From Candidatus Atelocyanobacterium thalassae (GTDB lineage Bacteria; Cyanobacteriota; Cyanobacteriia; Cyanobacteriales; Microcystaceae), in NCBI GenBank assembly GCA_051971635.1, contig JBFPLN010000001.1, positions 192,001 to 256,000 on the forward strand: a stretch of DNA of 64,000 nucleotides. Reading direction: 5' to 3'. A program made the translations under genes and the position numbers. Below the pieces are notes generated by a model. That model had not been told where the DNA came from. It searched no databases and saw only the letters and a program-made list of their open reading frames with translations. Below, piece by piece: positions 33,397 to 44,236 of the stretch. Within the stretch, counting starts at the first letter, position 1. The number at the start of each line of letters is the position of its first letter.

Positions 33397-34017
33397 ATGA
33401 TGAAACCTTTATTTATTGTTTTAGAAGGTATTGATAAATCTGGAAAAACTACACAAGCAGAATTTCTTAAAGACTATTTAATTGAACATGGAAACTTAGC
33501 AATTGTTAGTTCAGAACCTACAAATAGCAGTATAGGAAAATTGATTAGACAAGGTATGCAAAATCAGTTTTTTTCCATTAAAGATAAAACAAGATTTGAC
33601 GAACAAATGGCTTATTTATTTGCTGCAGATAGGCATCACCATTTATACAATGATGTAGATGGAGTTTTTAAGTTAATTAAACAAGACAATTACACTGTAA
33701 TTTCTACTCGCTATTATTTTTCATCTCTTGCGTATAATAGCTCTACAGAATTTGATTTTGTTTATCAATTAAATCAAAAGTTCCCTAATCCTGATTTGGT
33801 AATTTATATAGATGTTTCACTTGATGTTGCTTTGTCTCGTCTGAAAAACTTTACATTTCAAGAAGTATATGAAACTAAAGGTAAATTAGATAAAGTACGA
33901 AAAAATTATCAAGCTATCTTTAGCAACTATAAAGGCAATATTCTAAAAATTAACGGAGAAAACTCTGTTGATGATATTCATAAAGATATTATTAATAGTT
34001 TAACAAAGCAAGTTTAA
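33397..34017 (+). CDS. tmk: dTMP kinase
   Basis: FIVLEGIDKSGKTTQ, EPT, LFAADR, TRYYFSSLAY, PDLVIYID. Confidence 0.92.
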   Translation: MMKPLFIVLEGIDKSGKTTQAEFLKDYLIEHGNLAIVSSEPTNSSIGKLIRQGMQNQFFSIKDKTRFDEQMAYLFAADRHHHLYNDVDGVFKLIKQDNYTVISTRYYFSSLAYNSSTEFDFVYQLNQKFPNPDLVIYIDVSLDVALSRLKNFTFQEVYETKGKLDKVRKNYQAIFSNYKGNILKINGENSVDDIHKDIINSLTKQV

Positions 34018-34297
34018 TTATTTAGAGAAAAAGTTGATAAGCATTAGTTACTTGAGCATGGGAAGTTATACATAAATTACTAATAGAAATTGGTTCATTT
34101 TTTGTCGATCACAATTAAATTTTTTAAGAATAATTAATATACAGAGTTAATACACAAAAGTAATAAGTCCTAATATTTATACTAGCTATATATTTGATTT
34201 TCGGGATAAGAATTATAAAAGTTATCTCTCAAATATTATAAAAAATGCGTTAGACTATTTTAAATTTAGTACTATTTTATTCAAAATTTTAAAAATC

Positions 34298-35224
34298 GTG
34301 TTTATAAGCATTGTCATCCCGACTTACAATCGTAAACCAATTTTAGAAAAATGTCTTTATGCATTAGAGCAACAAAAATTTACTGATACCAAAATTAATA
34401 ATTATGAAATAGTTCTTATCGATGATGGTTCTACGGATGGAACTTTACAGTGGTTAGATACAAACAAACATGATTTTCCTCATGTTTGTTCTTTTCTTCA
34501 AGATCATCTTGGTCCTGCATCGGCAAGAAATCTGGGTATAGAGAAAGCAAAAGGAGATGTAATAATCTTTATCGATAGTGATCTGGTTGTTACTGAATCA
34601 TTTTTACAATCTCATGCAAATTCATTAATAAAAGGTAGAGAAGAGTTGGGTAATGATCGTTTATTTACCTATGGTGCAGTCATTAATACATGTAATTTCG
34701 ATAATCCAACTTCAGCAACCTATAAAGTTACTGACTTTTCTGCTGCTTTTTTTGCCACTGGTAATGTGGCAATTTCTCGTAAATGGCTAGAAAAAGCAGG
34801 GTTATTTGATACAAATTTTAAGCAATATGGATGGGAAGACTTAGAGTTAGGCGTAAGATTAAAAAAATTAGGATTAAAGTTGATCAAGTGTCCTGAAGCA
34901 GTTGGCTATCATTGGCACCCAGCCTTTACTTTGGAGCAAATTCCTAATTTAGTTAATCAAGAAGTTCAAAGAGGTAAAATGGGAATTTTGTTTTACCAAA
35001 AGCATCCTACTTTTGAAGTCCGTCTTATGATCCAAATGACATGGTTTCATAAAACTTTATGGGGAATTCTTTCTCTAGGTGGAATTTTAAACGAGAATAC
35101 TCTATCACCTATTTTACAATGGTTGATTAATCGTGGGAAGTCACAGATAGCATTAGAAATCGCTCGTATTTTTCTTAACTGGTACAATGTAAAAGCTGTA
35201 TATAAAGCTTATCAAGATATATGA
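34298..35224 (+). CDS. Glycosyltransferase family 2 protein
   Basis: SIVIPTYNR, DDGSTD, ARNLG, FIDSD, YGWEDLELG.RL. Confidence 0.93.
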   Translation: MFISIVIPTYNRKPILEKCLYALEQQKFTDTKINNYEIVLIDDGSTDGTLQWLDTNKHDFPHVCSFLQDHLGPASARNLGIEKAKGDVIIFIDSDLVVTESFLQSHANSLIKGREELGNDRLFTYGAVINTCNFDNPTSATYKVTDFSAAFFATGNVAISRKWLEKAGLFDTNFKQYGWEDLELGVRLKKLGLKLIKCPEAVGYHWHPAFTLEQIPNLVNQEVQRGKMGILFYQKHPTFEVRLMIQMTWFHKTLWGILSLGGILNENTLSPILQWLINRGKSQIALEIARIFLNWYNVKAVYKAYQDI

Positions 35225-35367
35225 TATAGAGGATTTTTTGTTTCTACTACATAAATAACTTGCATTAAAAAAATTAATATTTTGAGAGTCTGTAAAACTA
35301 TTGATCCCAAATACTTAATCACTTTTTATATAACTATTAGTCATATCTTGTACAAATCACCTTAAAG

Positions 35368-35407
35368 AATTGTATTTATTAATAATTTTTTATTAATAAA
35401 TACAATT
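35368..35407. repeat. Perfect 18-bp inverted repeat between convergent GT2 and mutS
   Basis: aattgtatttattaataa, tttt loop, ttattaataaatacaatt. Confidence 0.85.
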
Positions 35408-35494
35408 ATTCTGCTATGGTAACTATTCTAATCAGTTTAGTTTGATAAAAAAGATTCATGACAAATACCCGAACCTTTTTTACTAAGTATTAAA

Positions 35495-38059
35495 CTAATT
35501 ATTCTCCAGTTCATTAAGTTTCAATATAATCCTACTAGATTGACTAACCCTATCCATAATTTTTTTAGCTCTTATAGTTACAGAGGAAGGTAATCCAGCT
35601 AATTTGGCAACTTCAATTCCGTAAGACTTACTTGCACCTCCTGGACGAATTTGGTGTAGGAAAACGAGACTATCAGCCTTTTCCTCTACTATAGTTTGAA
35701 AATTAGCTATTTTAGGGATTTTATGAGCTAATTCATTTAATTCGTGATAATGAGTTGCAAATATAGTTTTTCCTTTAATTTCTTTGCTTAAATATTCTGC
35801 TATGGCCCAAGCTATAGAGAGTCCATCAAAAGTTGATGTTCCCCTGCCAACTTCATCTAATAAAATTAATGACTTTTCTGTTGCATGGTTAAGAATATTA
35901 GCAGTTTCATTCATTTCCACCATAAAAGTTGATTGCCCAGTTGCCAGATCATCTACTGCACCTACGCGCGTAAAAATACGATCAGTAATACCTACTTTTG
36001 CAGAAGCTGCTGGAACAAAGCTCCCAGCTTGTGCTAACAATTGAATAACGCCTATTTGTCTTAAATAACAACTTTTTCCACTAGAATTTGGACCCGTTAA
36101 AATAATTAAATTAGGATTTTCTAGTAATTCTTCAGAACTTTCAAGAAAGACAGAATTAGGTACAAAAGAGCCCAATGGTAATAATTCTTCAACTACTGGG
36201 TGTCTACCATCAGTAATGTTTAATGACTGATTTTCTAGAATTTGAGGTCGACAATAATCTTTGTTAACAGCAGTTATCGCAAAACTTAATAAGATATCAA
36301 TAGCTGCTATTGATTTAGCAATTTGACAGATTGCATGCCCTTCTTTCGCTACTTCTGAACGTAGCTTTATAAAAATTTCATACTCTAGTTTTTTAACAGT
36401 TTTTTGTGCGCTTAAAATACGAACCTCTCGTTCTTTTAGTTCAGGAGTAATAAAACGTTCTTCATTAGCTAATGTTTGCTTTCTGATGAAATAGTCCGGA
36501 ACCTGTGCTGATTTACTACGAGGTAAGCTTATGTAAAAACCAAAAGATTTACTATAACCAACTTTAAGGCTACTAATTCCTGTTTTTTTCTTTTCTGTTA
36601 ACTCCAGATTCGATAACCATTTACGATCATCTTCCATCTGTCTTCTCATACTATCTAGGTCTGTACTAACTCCATCTTTAATAATTCCTCCTTCTTTTAA
36701 TTTTGTCGGAAGAGACTCTATTAGATGATCACGAATATATTTTCCTAACTTCTCTAATTTCTTAGGCATATTACGTAAAGATTTAAAATAAGAAGATTTA
36801 CCTCGGTTCGCGAACTGTGATAAATCTTTTAATATTAATAGTGAATTAGCTAAACAAGATAAATGTCTTGCATTAGCTGTTCCTGAAGTGATTTTAGTAC
36901 TAATTCTTTCTAGATCATGTATGTTTGCTAATAATTGTTTAAGATCATGTCTTAATGTAATGTCTTCTACTAACTCTTCAACAGTGTTCTGTCTTTCAGT
37001 AATTTTTTCAATATTCAGTAGAGGTTCTATCAACCAACGCTGTAAATCGCGGGCTCCCATAGAAGTTTCAGGTTTATGGATAATTGATAGCAAAGAACCT
37101 TTAAAAGTGGAGTCTTTAATAGTTTTAGTTATCTCTAAGTTACGACGTGTTTGGTAGTCTATGATAAGAAAATCATTTAAACTATAGCTTTTAGGTAATT
37201 GCAATGTAATCTGTTGACCAATTTGTGTATCTTCTATGTATTTCAGTAATCCCCCTGCAGCACTAATAGCTAGAGGTGAATTATGACAGCCCATTCCTTC
37301 TATAGAGCTAACATTAAAAACATTTAAAAGTTTTTCCTTTGCAGTATCTAAATCAAAAGTCTTTTTTGTTCTTAAAGAATAGCAAAAGCAATCTGGCAGA
37401 GTATTTATTAATAGTGAAGATTTTTCTCCAGGACGAATTATTTTGCCAGCATCTATATCATTTACTGAAATAATAATTTCGGCTGGTTGCAATCTAAGTA
37501 ACTCTGAGTTAAGGTCATGCATTTCTATACTTTGAGTAGTATAAAATTCTCCTGTCGATACGTCTGCATAAGCAAGACCCCATAAATTATTTTTTATTAT
37601 TAATGCTACTAAAAAATTATTATTTTCTGGTATGAGTAATTCATCATCCATTAAAGTTCCTGGAGTTAACAACCTGGTTACACGTCTTTCCACCATACGA
37701 CCTTGAGCAAATGCTTCTGAAGAGTCTTCTACTTGATCACAGATTGCGATACAGTAACCCTTATCTATCAACAACTTAGCGTAACGATCTAGTGAATGAT
37801 GAGGAAACCCTGTTAAAGTAATTCTTCCAACTTTTTTCCCTGCCTCTTTACTAGTCAAAATTGTTCCAACTTCCTTAGAAACAATGACAGCATCTTGAAA
37901 AAAACATTCAAAAAAATCTCCTACCCTATATAGCAGAAGGGCATGAGAGTACTCTGCTTTAATATTTACATAATGCTGATACATTGGAGTTAAATTTTTA
38001 AAATCAAGGAGACGATAATCATTATGGGGAGATGCAATTTCTGCTTTTAAATTGTTCAT
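35495..38059 (-). CDS. mutS: DNA mismatch repair protein MutS
   Basis: TPMYQHY, GDFFECF, P-loop TGPNSSGKS, STFMVEM, DEVGRGTST, ATHYHEL, SYGIEVA. Confidence 0.98.
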   Translation of the reverse strand: MNNLKAEIASPHNDYRLLDFKNLTPMYQHYVNIKAEYSHALLLYRVGDFFECFFQDAVIVSKEVGTILTSKEAGKKVGRITLTGFPHHSLDRYAKLLIDKGYCIAICDQVEDSSEAFAQGRMVERRVTRLLTPGTLMDDELLIPENNNFLVALIIKNNLWGLAYADVSTGEFYTTQSIEMHDLNSELLRLQPAEIIISVNDIDAGKIIRPGEKSSLLINTLPDCFCYSLRTKKTFDLDTAKEKLLNVFNVSSIEGMGCHNSPLAISAAGGLLKYIEDTQIGQQITLQLPKSYSLNDFLIIDYQTRRNLEITKTIKDSTFKGSLLSIIHKPETSMGARDLQRWLIEPLLNIEKITERQNTVEELVEDITLRHDLKQLLANIHDLERISTKITSGTANARHLSCLANSLLILKDLSQFANRGKSSYFKSLRNMPKKLEKLGKYIRDHLIESLPTKLKEGGIIKDGVSTDLDSMRRQMEDDRKWLSNLELTEKKKTGISSLKVGYSKSFGFYISLPRSKSAQVPDYFIRKQTLANEERFITPELKEREVRILSAQKTVKKLEYEIFIKLRSEVAKEGHAICQIAKSIAAIDILLSFAITAVNKDYCRPQILENQSLNITDGRHPVVEELLPLGSFVPNSVFLESSEELLENPNLIILTGPNSSGKSCYLRQIGVIQLLAQAGSFVPAASAKVGITDRIFTRVGAVDDLATGQSTFMVEMNETANILNHATEKSLILLDEVGRGTSTFDGLSIAWAIAEYLSKEIKGKTIFATHYHELNELAHKIPKIANFQTIVEEKADSLVFLHQIRPGGASKSYGIEVAKLAGLPSSVTIRAKKIMDRVSQSSRIILKLNELENN

Positions 38060-38106
38060 AATATTTTCTTAATGTGATATAATATTATATTACATTAATC
38101 TCAAAT

Positions 38107-38141
38107 TAAGTTTAATTATATAAATAATATAATTAAACTTA
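38107..38141. repeat. Perfect 15-bp inverted repeat in the mutS/grpE divergent spacer
   Basis: taagtttaattatat, aaata loop, atataattaaactta. Confidence 0.75.
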
Positions 38142-38385
38142 AACTAATTAATAAAATAACTACCCATCTTTTAACATATTAAAAATTTTTAACTTTTTAT
38201 TAATTTATATGAAGGATGAGAGGGAGGACGTTTAAATTTTAATTACTCTCTCTGCAAAGCTTTTAGGTATTTGCTGCTAGAATGTACTCGTAATAAAATC
38301 AGATAAGCAATTATAATATGTTGAAGAATTAAGCTTAACAAATTATCAATTAAAATATCCTTTAATAAATATAGAGAAAGCAACT

Positions 38386-39123
38386 ATGACAGACGAAAAA
38401 CAACGAATAGAAATGAATACAGAAACCTCTGAAGTAGAAGATGTATGTATTAGCTCTTCTGAAGTTGAAGTTAATGAACAAATTGAGACAAATTCTGATG
38501 CTGATAAAAAATTAGAAGTCAATGAAAGTATTAATTCAACAAATTCTGAAGCAGAATCAGAAAAAGACTTAATCTCTAGTCTAAATGAAACAATAAGTAA
38601 CTTAGAAACTAAGCTAAAAGAGCATAGTCAACAATATGAAACCCTTAATAATAATAATCTTCGGCTTAATGCAGAATTTGATAACTACCGAAAACGTTCG
38701 ATAAAAGAAAAAGAAGATTTAGAAGTTAAGGTTAAATGTAAAACAATTAGTGAATTATTATCTGTTGTAGATAATTTTGAGCGTGCTCGTAACTCGATCA
38801 ACCCAACTAGTGATGGAGAAGCAACAATACATAAAAGCTATCAGGGAGTATATAAGGCACTAGTAGACAGCCTTAAGCGCCTGGGTGTTGCACCTATGCG
38901 TCCTGAGGGAGAAAATTTTAATCCTTTATATCATGAAGCTATGCTACGAGAATATACCGATGAATACCCAGAAGGAACTATTATTCAAGAACTAATGCGT
39001 GGCTATATACTAGGCGAACAAGTTTTACGACACGCAATGGTAAAGGTTGCCGCTCCTAAAACTTCTGATTCTTCAGTCCAGGAAGAAAATCTAGTAACAG
39101 ATGAAAAAGATTTGAAGAAATAA
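38386..39123 (+). CDS. grpE: Nucleotide exchange factor GrpE
   Basis: [43 protein letters not shown]. Confidence 0.97.
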   Translation: MTDEKQRIEMNTETSEVEDVCISSSEVEVNEQIETNSDADKKLEVNESINSTNSEAESEKDLISSLNETISNLETKLKEHSQQYETLNNNNLRLNAEFDNYRKRSIKEKEDLEVKVKCKTISELLSVVDNFERARNSINPTSDGEATIHKSYQGVYKALVDSLKRLGVAPMRPEGENFNPLYHEAMLREYTDEYPEGTIIQELMRGYILGEQVLRHAMVKVAAPKTSDSSVQEENLVTDEKDLKK

Positions 39124-39126
39124 GAT

Positions 39127-39192
39127 AACTAAATTAACTTTATATAAAAGTTAAAAAGAAATTTTTAACTCTTATATAAAGTTAATTTAGTT
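39127..39192. repeat. 31-bp inverted repeat (1 mismatch) with GAAA loop immediately after grpE
   Basis: aactaaattaactttatataaaagttaaaaa, gaaa loop, tttttaactcttatataaagttaatttagtt. Confidence 0.9.
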
Positions 39193-39243
39193 CAAGATAA
39201 GTATCATCTATTCTTTAAAAATTTACAAAATTTAAAAATTATT

Positions 39244-40320
39244 TTAGTGCCTTGGTGGTCTTAAAGTAGCGGAACGATTTATTGGTCCTAAAATTTGGTT
39301 TAACTGACGTAATTGTTCAGGTGTACCCATACAAATAAGTAAATCTCCTGCCATTAATTCAGTTTCTCCTGTTGGTCCACCTAATAAGGCACCATCAGAA
39401 CGCCGAATAGCCAAGACCAGTGAACCTGACTGAAGCCTAAGTCTTGCCTCACTTAAAGTTTGTCCAACACAAGGGCAATATTTAGGATCAACAAGGAATT
39501 CTTCCATATAAAATGTACGATCACTACCAGTTAGAATGCCATCTACAAAATCCATAACTTGAGGCCTTAAAGCAGCAGAAGCAAGTCTCTTACCTCCCGT
39601 AATGTAAGGTGAAACAACAGAATCGGCTCCAGCTCTTTGCAATTTAAGAACAGCTTCTTCTGTACTAGCTCTAGCAATTGCTCTAATTTTTGGATTCAAG
39701 GTTTTCGCAGAAAGTACAGTATAGAGGTTTTCTGCATCAGAGGTTAAAGCAGAGACCAAACATACTGCCTTATCTATTTTGGCATTTATTAGACATTCAT
39801 CAAGAGTAGCATCTCCTTGGATTACGATATAGCCTAATTGTTTTGCTTCTTCTACCTGTTCAGGTCGAGAATCAATAATAACAAAAGGAACTTCTTCTGC
39901 AGTAAACTCTAATGCAACTTGACGAGCAGTACGTCCATAGCCGCAAACAATACAGTGATGTTCTAAAGTATCTATCAAACGTTTCTCCTGTCTTTGTCGA
40001 ATTCCTTCTTGAAAATAGCCTTGAATCAAGGCTTCTGTTAAACGATTAACAATATAACCAATGGTAATAACCCCCATCGAAATAAGAACAATAGTAAACA
40101 GTTTGGAATTATCGTCTAGAGGATGAACTTCTGAAAAACCAACTGTTGAAAGGGTTATCATGGTCATATATGCTGCTTCTGTTAATGACCATCTCTCGAT
40201 CAAATAATACCAAATTGTCCCAGAAAGAAAAACTCCTCCTAAAGCAAACGCTCCACCAATTAACTCTTTCCGTAATCGTTGATATTTTTCTTCAAAAGAA
40301 TATAAAGCCATAAGAAACAA
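39244..40320 (-). CDS. Potassium channel protein (2-TM pore + TrkA-N/TrkA-C RCK domains)
   Basis: Pore helix/filter ITLSTVGFSE, CIVCGYGRTA, GDAT, and a TrkA-C domain. Confidence 0.92.
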   Translation of the reverse strand: MFLMALYSFEEKYQRLRKELIGGAFALGGVFLSGTIWYYLIERWSLTEAAYMTMITLSTVGFSEVHPLDDNSKLFTIVLISMGVITIGYIVNRLTEALIQGYFQEGIRQRQEKRLIDTLEHHCIVCGYGRTARQVALEFTAEEVPFVIIDSRPEQVEEAKQLGYIVIQGDATLDECLINAKIDKAVCLVSALTSDAENLYTVLSAKTLNPKIRAIARASTEEAVLKLQRAGADSVVSPYITGGKRLASAALRPQVMDFVDGILTGSDRTFYMEEFLVDPKYCPCVGQTLSEARLRLQSGSLVLAIRRSDGALLGGPTGETELMAGDLLICMGTPEQLRQLNQILGPINRSATLRPPRH

Positions 40321-40471
40321 CGAGAAATATGAATACTTATCTCCAAAATATTTGATTAAAATTAAGTAATATTTAGAATAAAATTATCTAATACGTTACT
40401 TTATCTCTTGGTTAATTTTAAGAGTAAGAAGAATACTTATATAAAAATTCAATCATGACCATATATCAAGA

Positions 40472-42904
40472 TTAACTACGGAGAGTAACGTTGAATTGAT
40501 CTACTAAAGTCTTGCGAATTCGATTATGAGTAGTTATTACATCTTTATCAGTTAATGTACGTTCATCAGAACGATAAAGCAAACTAAAAGCTAAATTTCT
40601 TTGTCCTTTTGGTACACTTTCTCCCCGATAATCATCAAACAGCTCTATTTCTTTTAATAAGTTTCCTCCTGCTGTTTTCATTTTTTCAATTAGTCTAGCC
40701 ACAGGAATATCTAAAGAAACAAAAAAGGCTAAATCTAATTCTATAGGAGGATAAGAAGAAAAATGTTTAAATACAGGTGTTAAGAGAGCTTCTTGACTAA
40801 GAGTCTGCAGTAAAACCTCAAAATTTAGCTCAAATCCATATACAGTACTAATTAAATCTAGTTCTTGGCATAATTGCGGATGTAGTTGCCCAAATACTCC
40901 TAAGAACTCGTTATTTAGCCATAAAGAAGCTGTACGTCCTGGATGTAACCTTTTATCTTGTTCATAAGCTTTGTATTCAACTACAATTTTGAATTTTTTA
41001 AAAACACTATCCAAAATGCCTTTCGCCTCATACCAAGTCATGGGAGGTAACTTTCCACCTGTTATCCAGCGTCCCTCGGTAAGAAAGTCACCTCCCATGA
41101 TACCGGCTAAACTTTCTAATTCTTGGCTTTGACCTTCAATGTTATAAAAAATTTTACCAATTTCAAATCCATTTAAAGATCCGTTACCTTGCGATTGGTT
41201 ATAAGCGAATGTACTAATTAGACCATCTAGTAAATTATTTCTTAAAGCTGAGTATTCTGTTAGCAAAGGATTTGCGAGAACTATATCAGCTTTTTCTGGT
41301 TTAACAAGAGAGTATTGTACCAATTCATGTAGACCAACAGAACGAAATGTTTCCCTAAGCTTACGCTGGATATAATATTCTTGAGAAAGCTTTCCAGGCT
41401 CTGTTTTATAAGGTAATTCATCACAAAAATTTCCATATCCGTAAATACGAGCTATTTCCTCTATTAGATCAATTTCTCTATATAGGTCTCGGTAACGATA
41501 AGATGGAATAACAACCGACCAGACATTGTTTGCATTATTAACTAAGTTTAGCGTACATCCTAAGTTAGTTAGAATATCGTGCACTTCTTCTGAAGTTATA
41601 AGAGATTTAAGACCATTTTTCCAAACTGGTCCTAAAAATTTATGGATACGTTCTAAACGTAAAGTTATTTTAGGAATATTAGTTTGAGAACGATTGTCAA
41701 CTATATTTTGAGAGACCAGAACTCCTCCAGCTAATTCGTGAATTAGGTTAATAGCATGCTGACAAGCCACCTCTAATTCGAATTGATTAACTCCTCTCTC
41801 ATATCTTATAGAAGCTTCAGTACGTAAGTTTTGACTTTTTGAAGAATGGCGAATAGCTACCTGATTAAATAGAGCAGTCTCTAGAAAAATATCTTTAGTT
41901 TGCTTATCAATTTCTGTTTCTTTTCCTCCCATAATTCCTGCAAGGGCAACAGGAGTATCATTAGAAGTAATTATTAAATTACCTTCATTTAACTTTCTAC
42001 TACAACCATCTAATGTTTGCAAAGTTTCTTTATCACTGGAAGAACGTACCTTAATGGTTAACTTATCCTTATTGTCTTTTAACTTTCTTAAGTCAAAAGC
42101 ATGCATAGGCTGTCCCCATTCCAGTAGGATTAAATTAGTTATGTCCACTATGTTGTTAATAGGTTCAATTCCTGAAGCTTTAAGTTTTTGTTGTAGCCAT
42201 ACTGGAGAAGAAGTTACTGTTACATTTTGAATAATAGTTCCAATATAAATTGGACAAGCCTTAATATCTTCAGTTTCTATTTTCAAAAAATCATTTCTAT
42301 TATCAAAAATAAAATTTTTGATAGTTCTAGGAGAATTAACTATATTTCCTGTTAGAGATGCTACTTCTCTAGCAATTCCTATCATGCTCATTGCATCAGG
42401 TCGATTAGCAGTAGGCATGACGCTTAATATAGTATCGTTTACGCCTAATATAGAAGCAACATTTTGGCCTACTTCTATCGTATCTCCTTTAAAAATATGA
42501 ATTTCGGACGATTCTTCTGATAGTCCAATCTCTGATAAAGAACAAATCATACCTTCTGATTTAATTCCTTGTAATTCTATTGAGCTGATCTTTAAATTTA
42601 TTTTAGATAAGTATGTTCCTAGAGTTGCAACAGGTACATATTTACCAATTTCAACATTAGGTGCACCACATACGATATTGAGTAAATTTTCTGTTCCAAT
42701 ATCAACTTTACAGATATTTAATTTTTGAGTTTTAGGATGAGGTTGACAATCTTTAATTAGACCAACTACAACTCCATCAGCCCATTCATAAAGATTTTCA
42801 TATTCATCTACCTCTAAACCTACAACTGTTAAGATATCAGCTAATTCCTCATGGGAAAAATTAAAATTTATTAGTTCCCGTAGCCACTTAACGGATATTT
42901 TCAT
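40472..42904 (-). CDS. pheT: Phenylalanine--tRNA ligase beta subunit
   Basis: MKISVKWL, IVCGAPN, SEGMICS, TANRPDAMS, GQPMHAFD, RYERG, DLIEEIARIYGY, C-terminal FDX-ACB domain. Confidence 0.98.
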   Translation of the reverse strand: MKISVKWLRELINFNFSHEELADILTVVGLEVDEYENLYEWADGVVVGLIKDCQPHPKTQKLNICKVDIGTENLLNIVCGAPNVEIGKYVPVATLGTYLSKINLKISSIELQGIKSEGMICSLSEIGLSEESSEIHIFKGDTIEVGQNVASILGVNDTILSVMPTANRPDAMSMIGIAREVASLTGNIVNSPRTIKNFIFDNRNDFLKIETEDIKACPIYIGTIIQNVTVTSSPVWLQQKLKASGIEPINNIVDITNLILLEWGQPMHAFDLRKLKDNKDKLTIKVRSSSDKETLQTLDGCSRKLNEGNLIITSNDTPVALAGIMGGKETEIDKQTKDIFLETALFNQVAIRHSSKSQNLRTEASIRYERGVNQFELEVACQHAINLIHELAGGVLVSQNIVDNRSQTNIPKITLRLERIHKFLGPVWKNGLKSLITSEEVHDILTNLGCTLNLVNNANNVWSVVIPSYRYRDLYREIDLIEEIARIYGYGNFCDELPYKTEPGKLSQEYYIQRKLRETFRSVGLHELVQYSLVKPEKADIVLANPLLTEYSALRNNLLDGLISTFAYNQSQGNGSLNGFEIGKIFYNIEGQSQELESLAGIMGGDFLTEGRWITGGKLPPMTWYEAKGILDSVFKKFKIVVEYKAYEQDKRLHPGRTASLWLNNEFLGVFGQLHPQLCQELDLISTVYGFELNFEVLLQTLSQEALLTPVFKHFSSYPPIELDLAFFVSLDIPVARLIEKMKTAGGNLLKEIELFDDYRGESVPKGQRNLAFSLLYRSDERTLTDKDVITTHNRIRKTLVDQFNVTLRS

Positions 42905-43117
42905 AATTTATTTTGTTATCGTAATAAATTCAAGCTCTAGTCTATCAAAGAATTATATTGCTTGTTGGATATTCCTTTGCAGTATTAAAATTCATAATTT
43001 TCTTGTAATTTAATAAACATTAATTACTTTAAATATTATTAACTTAAAGAATATTTTTTAACCTAAAGTCATGTCCAACTATAGATCTAAAAATTAATTA
43101 AACATATTAAAATTTAT

Positions 43118-43903
43118 CTATATTAAGGATTTTTGTCTTTTAGCCTCATACAAAATCAAAGCTGTAGTAACTGCTACATTTAATGATTCTACATTTTGCT
43201 CTAATGGAACTTTTATTATTTCATCTGCCATATTAACTAAACTTTTTGATAGTCCAGAACCTTCGTTACCTAATAAAATAATTGTAGGCTTCGTCAGATT
43301 TAAGTTCCAATAAGTTTTCTCAGCATTCGGCAAAGTTGCAACGATGTTCACACCTTGATTTTTATAATTCTTGACTATATTTTCTAAATTAGATGTAATT
43401 ACTAAGGGGGCTTTAAACCAGGCACCAGCAGAAGCTCTTATAACTTTTGGATTATCAATATTTACACTATCGCTACTAACCCAAATACTGTCAACATTTG
43501 TAGCAACAGCTGTACGAACAATAGTTCCTAAGTTTCCTGGGTCTTGCAGTCTTTCTAAGATTAGACCTAATTTCAAACTGGAAATTTTAGTTTCGCAGAA
43601 AGATTTAGATAATGCTGTAGCAACTATCCCATCAGGATTTACAGTTGTTGTAATACTTTTTAAAACTTCTGGTGAAACAACTTCGTATCGTTCTGCAAAT
43701 TTAGAAGCTATTTTCCACAGTTCGGGATTTTGTATTTTCCACTTTTCAGTAGAAAGTAAGGTTATTAGGGAACAATTCTCTTCACAGGCTGTCATGAGAA
43801 GATGAGTTCCCTCGAAAAAAAATATTCCTTTTTCTCTTCGTTTCTTTACATTACGTAGTTCACGAATTTGCTTAATTAAAGGATTTTTAGTACTTGTAAT
43901 CAT
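43118..43903 (-). CDS. TrmH/SpoU family RNA methyltransferase
   Basis: LQDPGNLGTIVRTA, LGNEGSGL, VESLNVA. Confidence 0.95.
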   Translation of the reverse strand: MITSTKNPLIKQIRELRNVKKRREKGIFFFEGTHLLMTACEENCSLITLLSTEKWKIQNPELWKIASKFAERYEVVSPEVLKSITTTVNPDGIVATALSKSFCETKISSLKLGLILERLQDPGNLGTIVRTAVATNVDSIWVSSDSVNIDNPKVIRASAGAWFKAPLVITSNLENIVKNYKNQGVNIVATLPNAEKTYWNLNLTKPTIILLGNEGSGLSKSLVNMADEIIKVPLEQNVESLNVAVTTALILYEAKRQKSLI

Positions 43904-44236
43904 TAAAGATACGGAAAATATTAGTTTAATTTCATACTAGATTGGTATTTAACTCCAAAAAATTTAATAGATGCTAAAGATTCAATCTAGTTACCTAATA
44001 ATTTTATTGGTTTTATGTAGTAATATTTATTATTTAATTAATATTTATGATGGACTGAGAACTAGCTCTAGTTTTATTTTTATATTTAAAACTTAAGTCC
44101 AGTTTATAGGAATATCAACTTTTCAGAGTTTTTTGAACCAATGAAATTATACTGAAAATAATTTTAGAACCAGTGCTAATTTTCTTTATAGTATAAAAAA
44201 ATATAGTTATACAGCTTCATTGCGTATCGAAATTTT

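Noticed and set aside
38200..38385. CIRCE operator upstream of grpE
   Set aside because: No TTAGCACTC-N9-GAGTGCTAA match.
43904..44236. Possible tRNA gene between the TrmH methyltransferase and murA
   Set aside because: No cloverleaf, T-loop (GTTCRA) or GC-rich stems on either strand.
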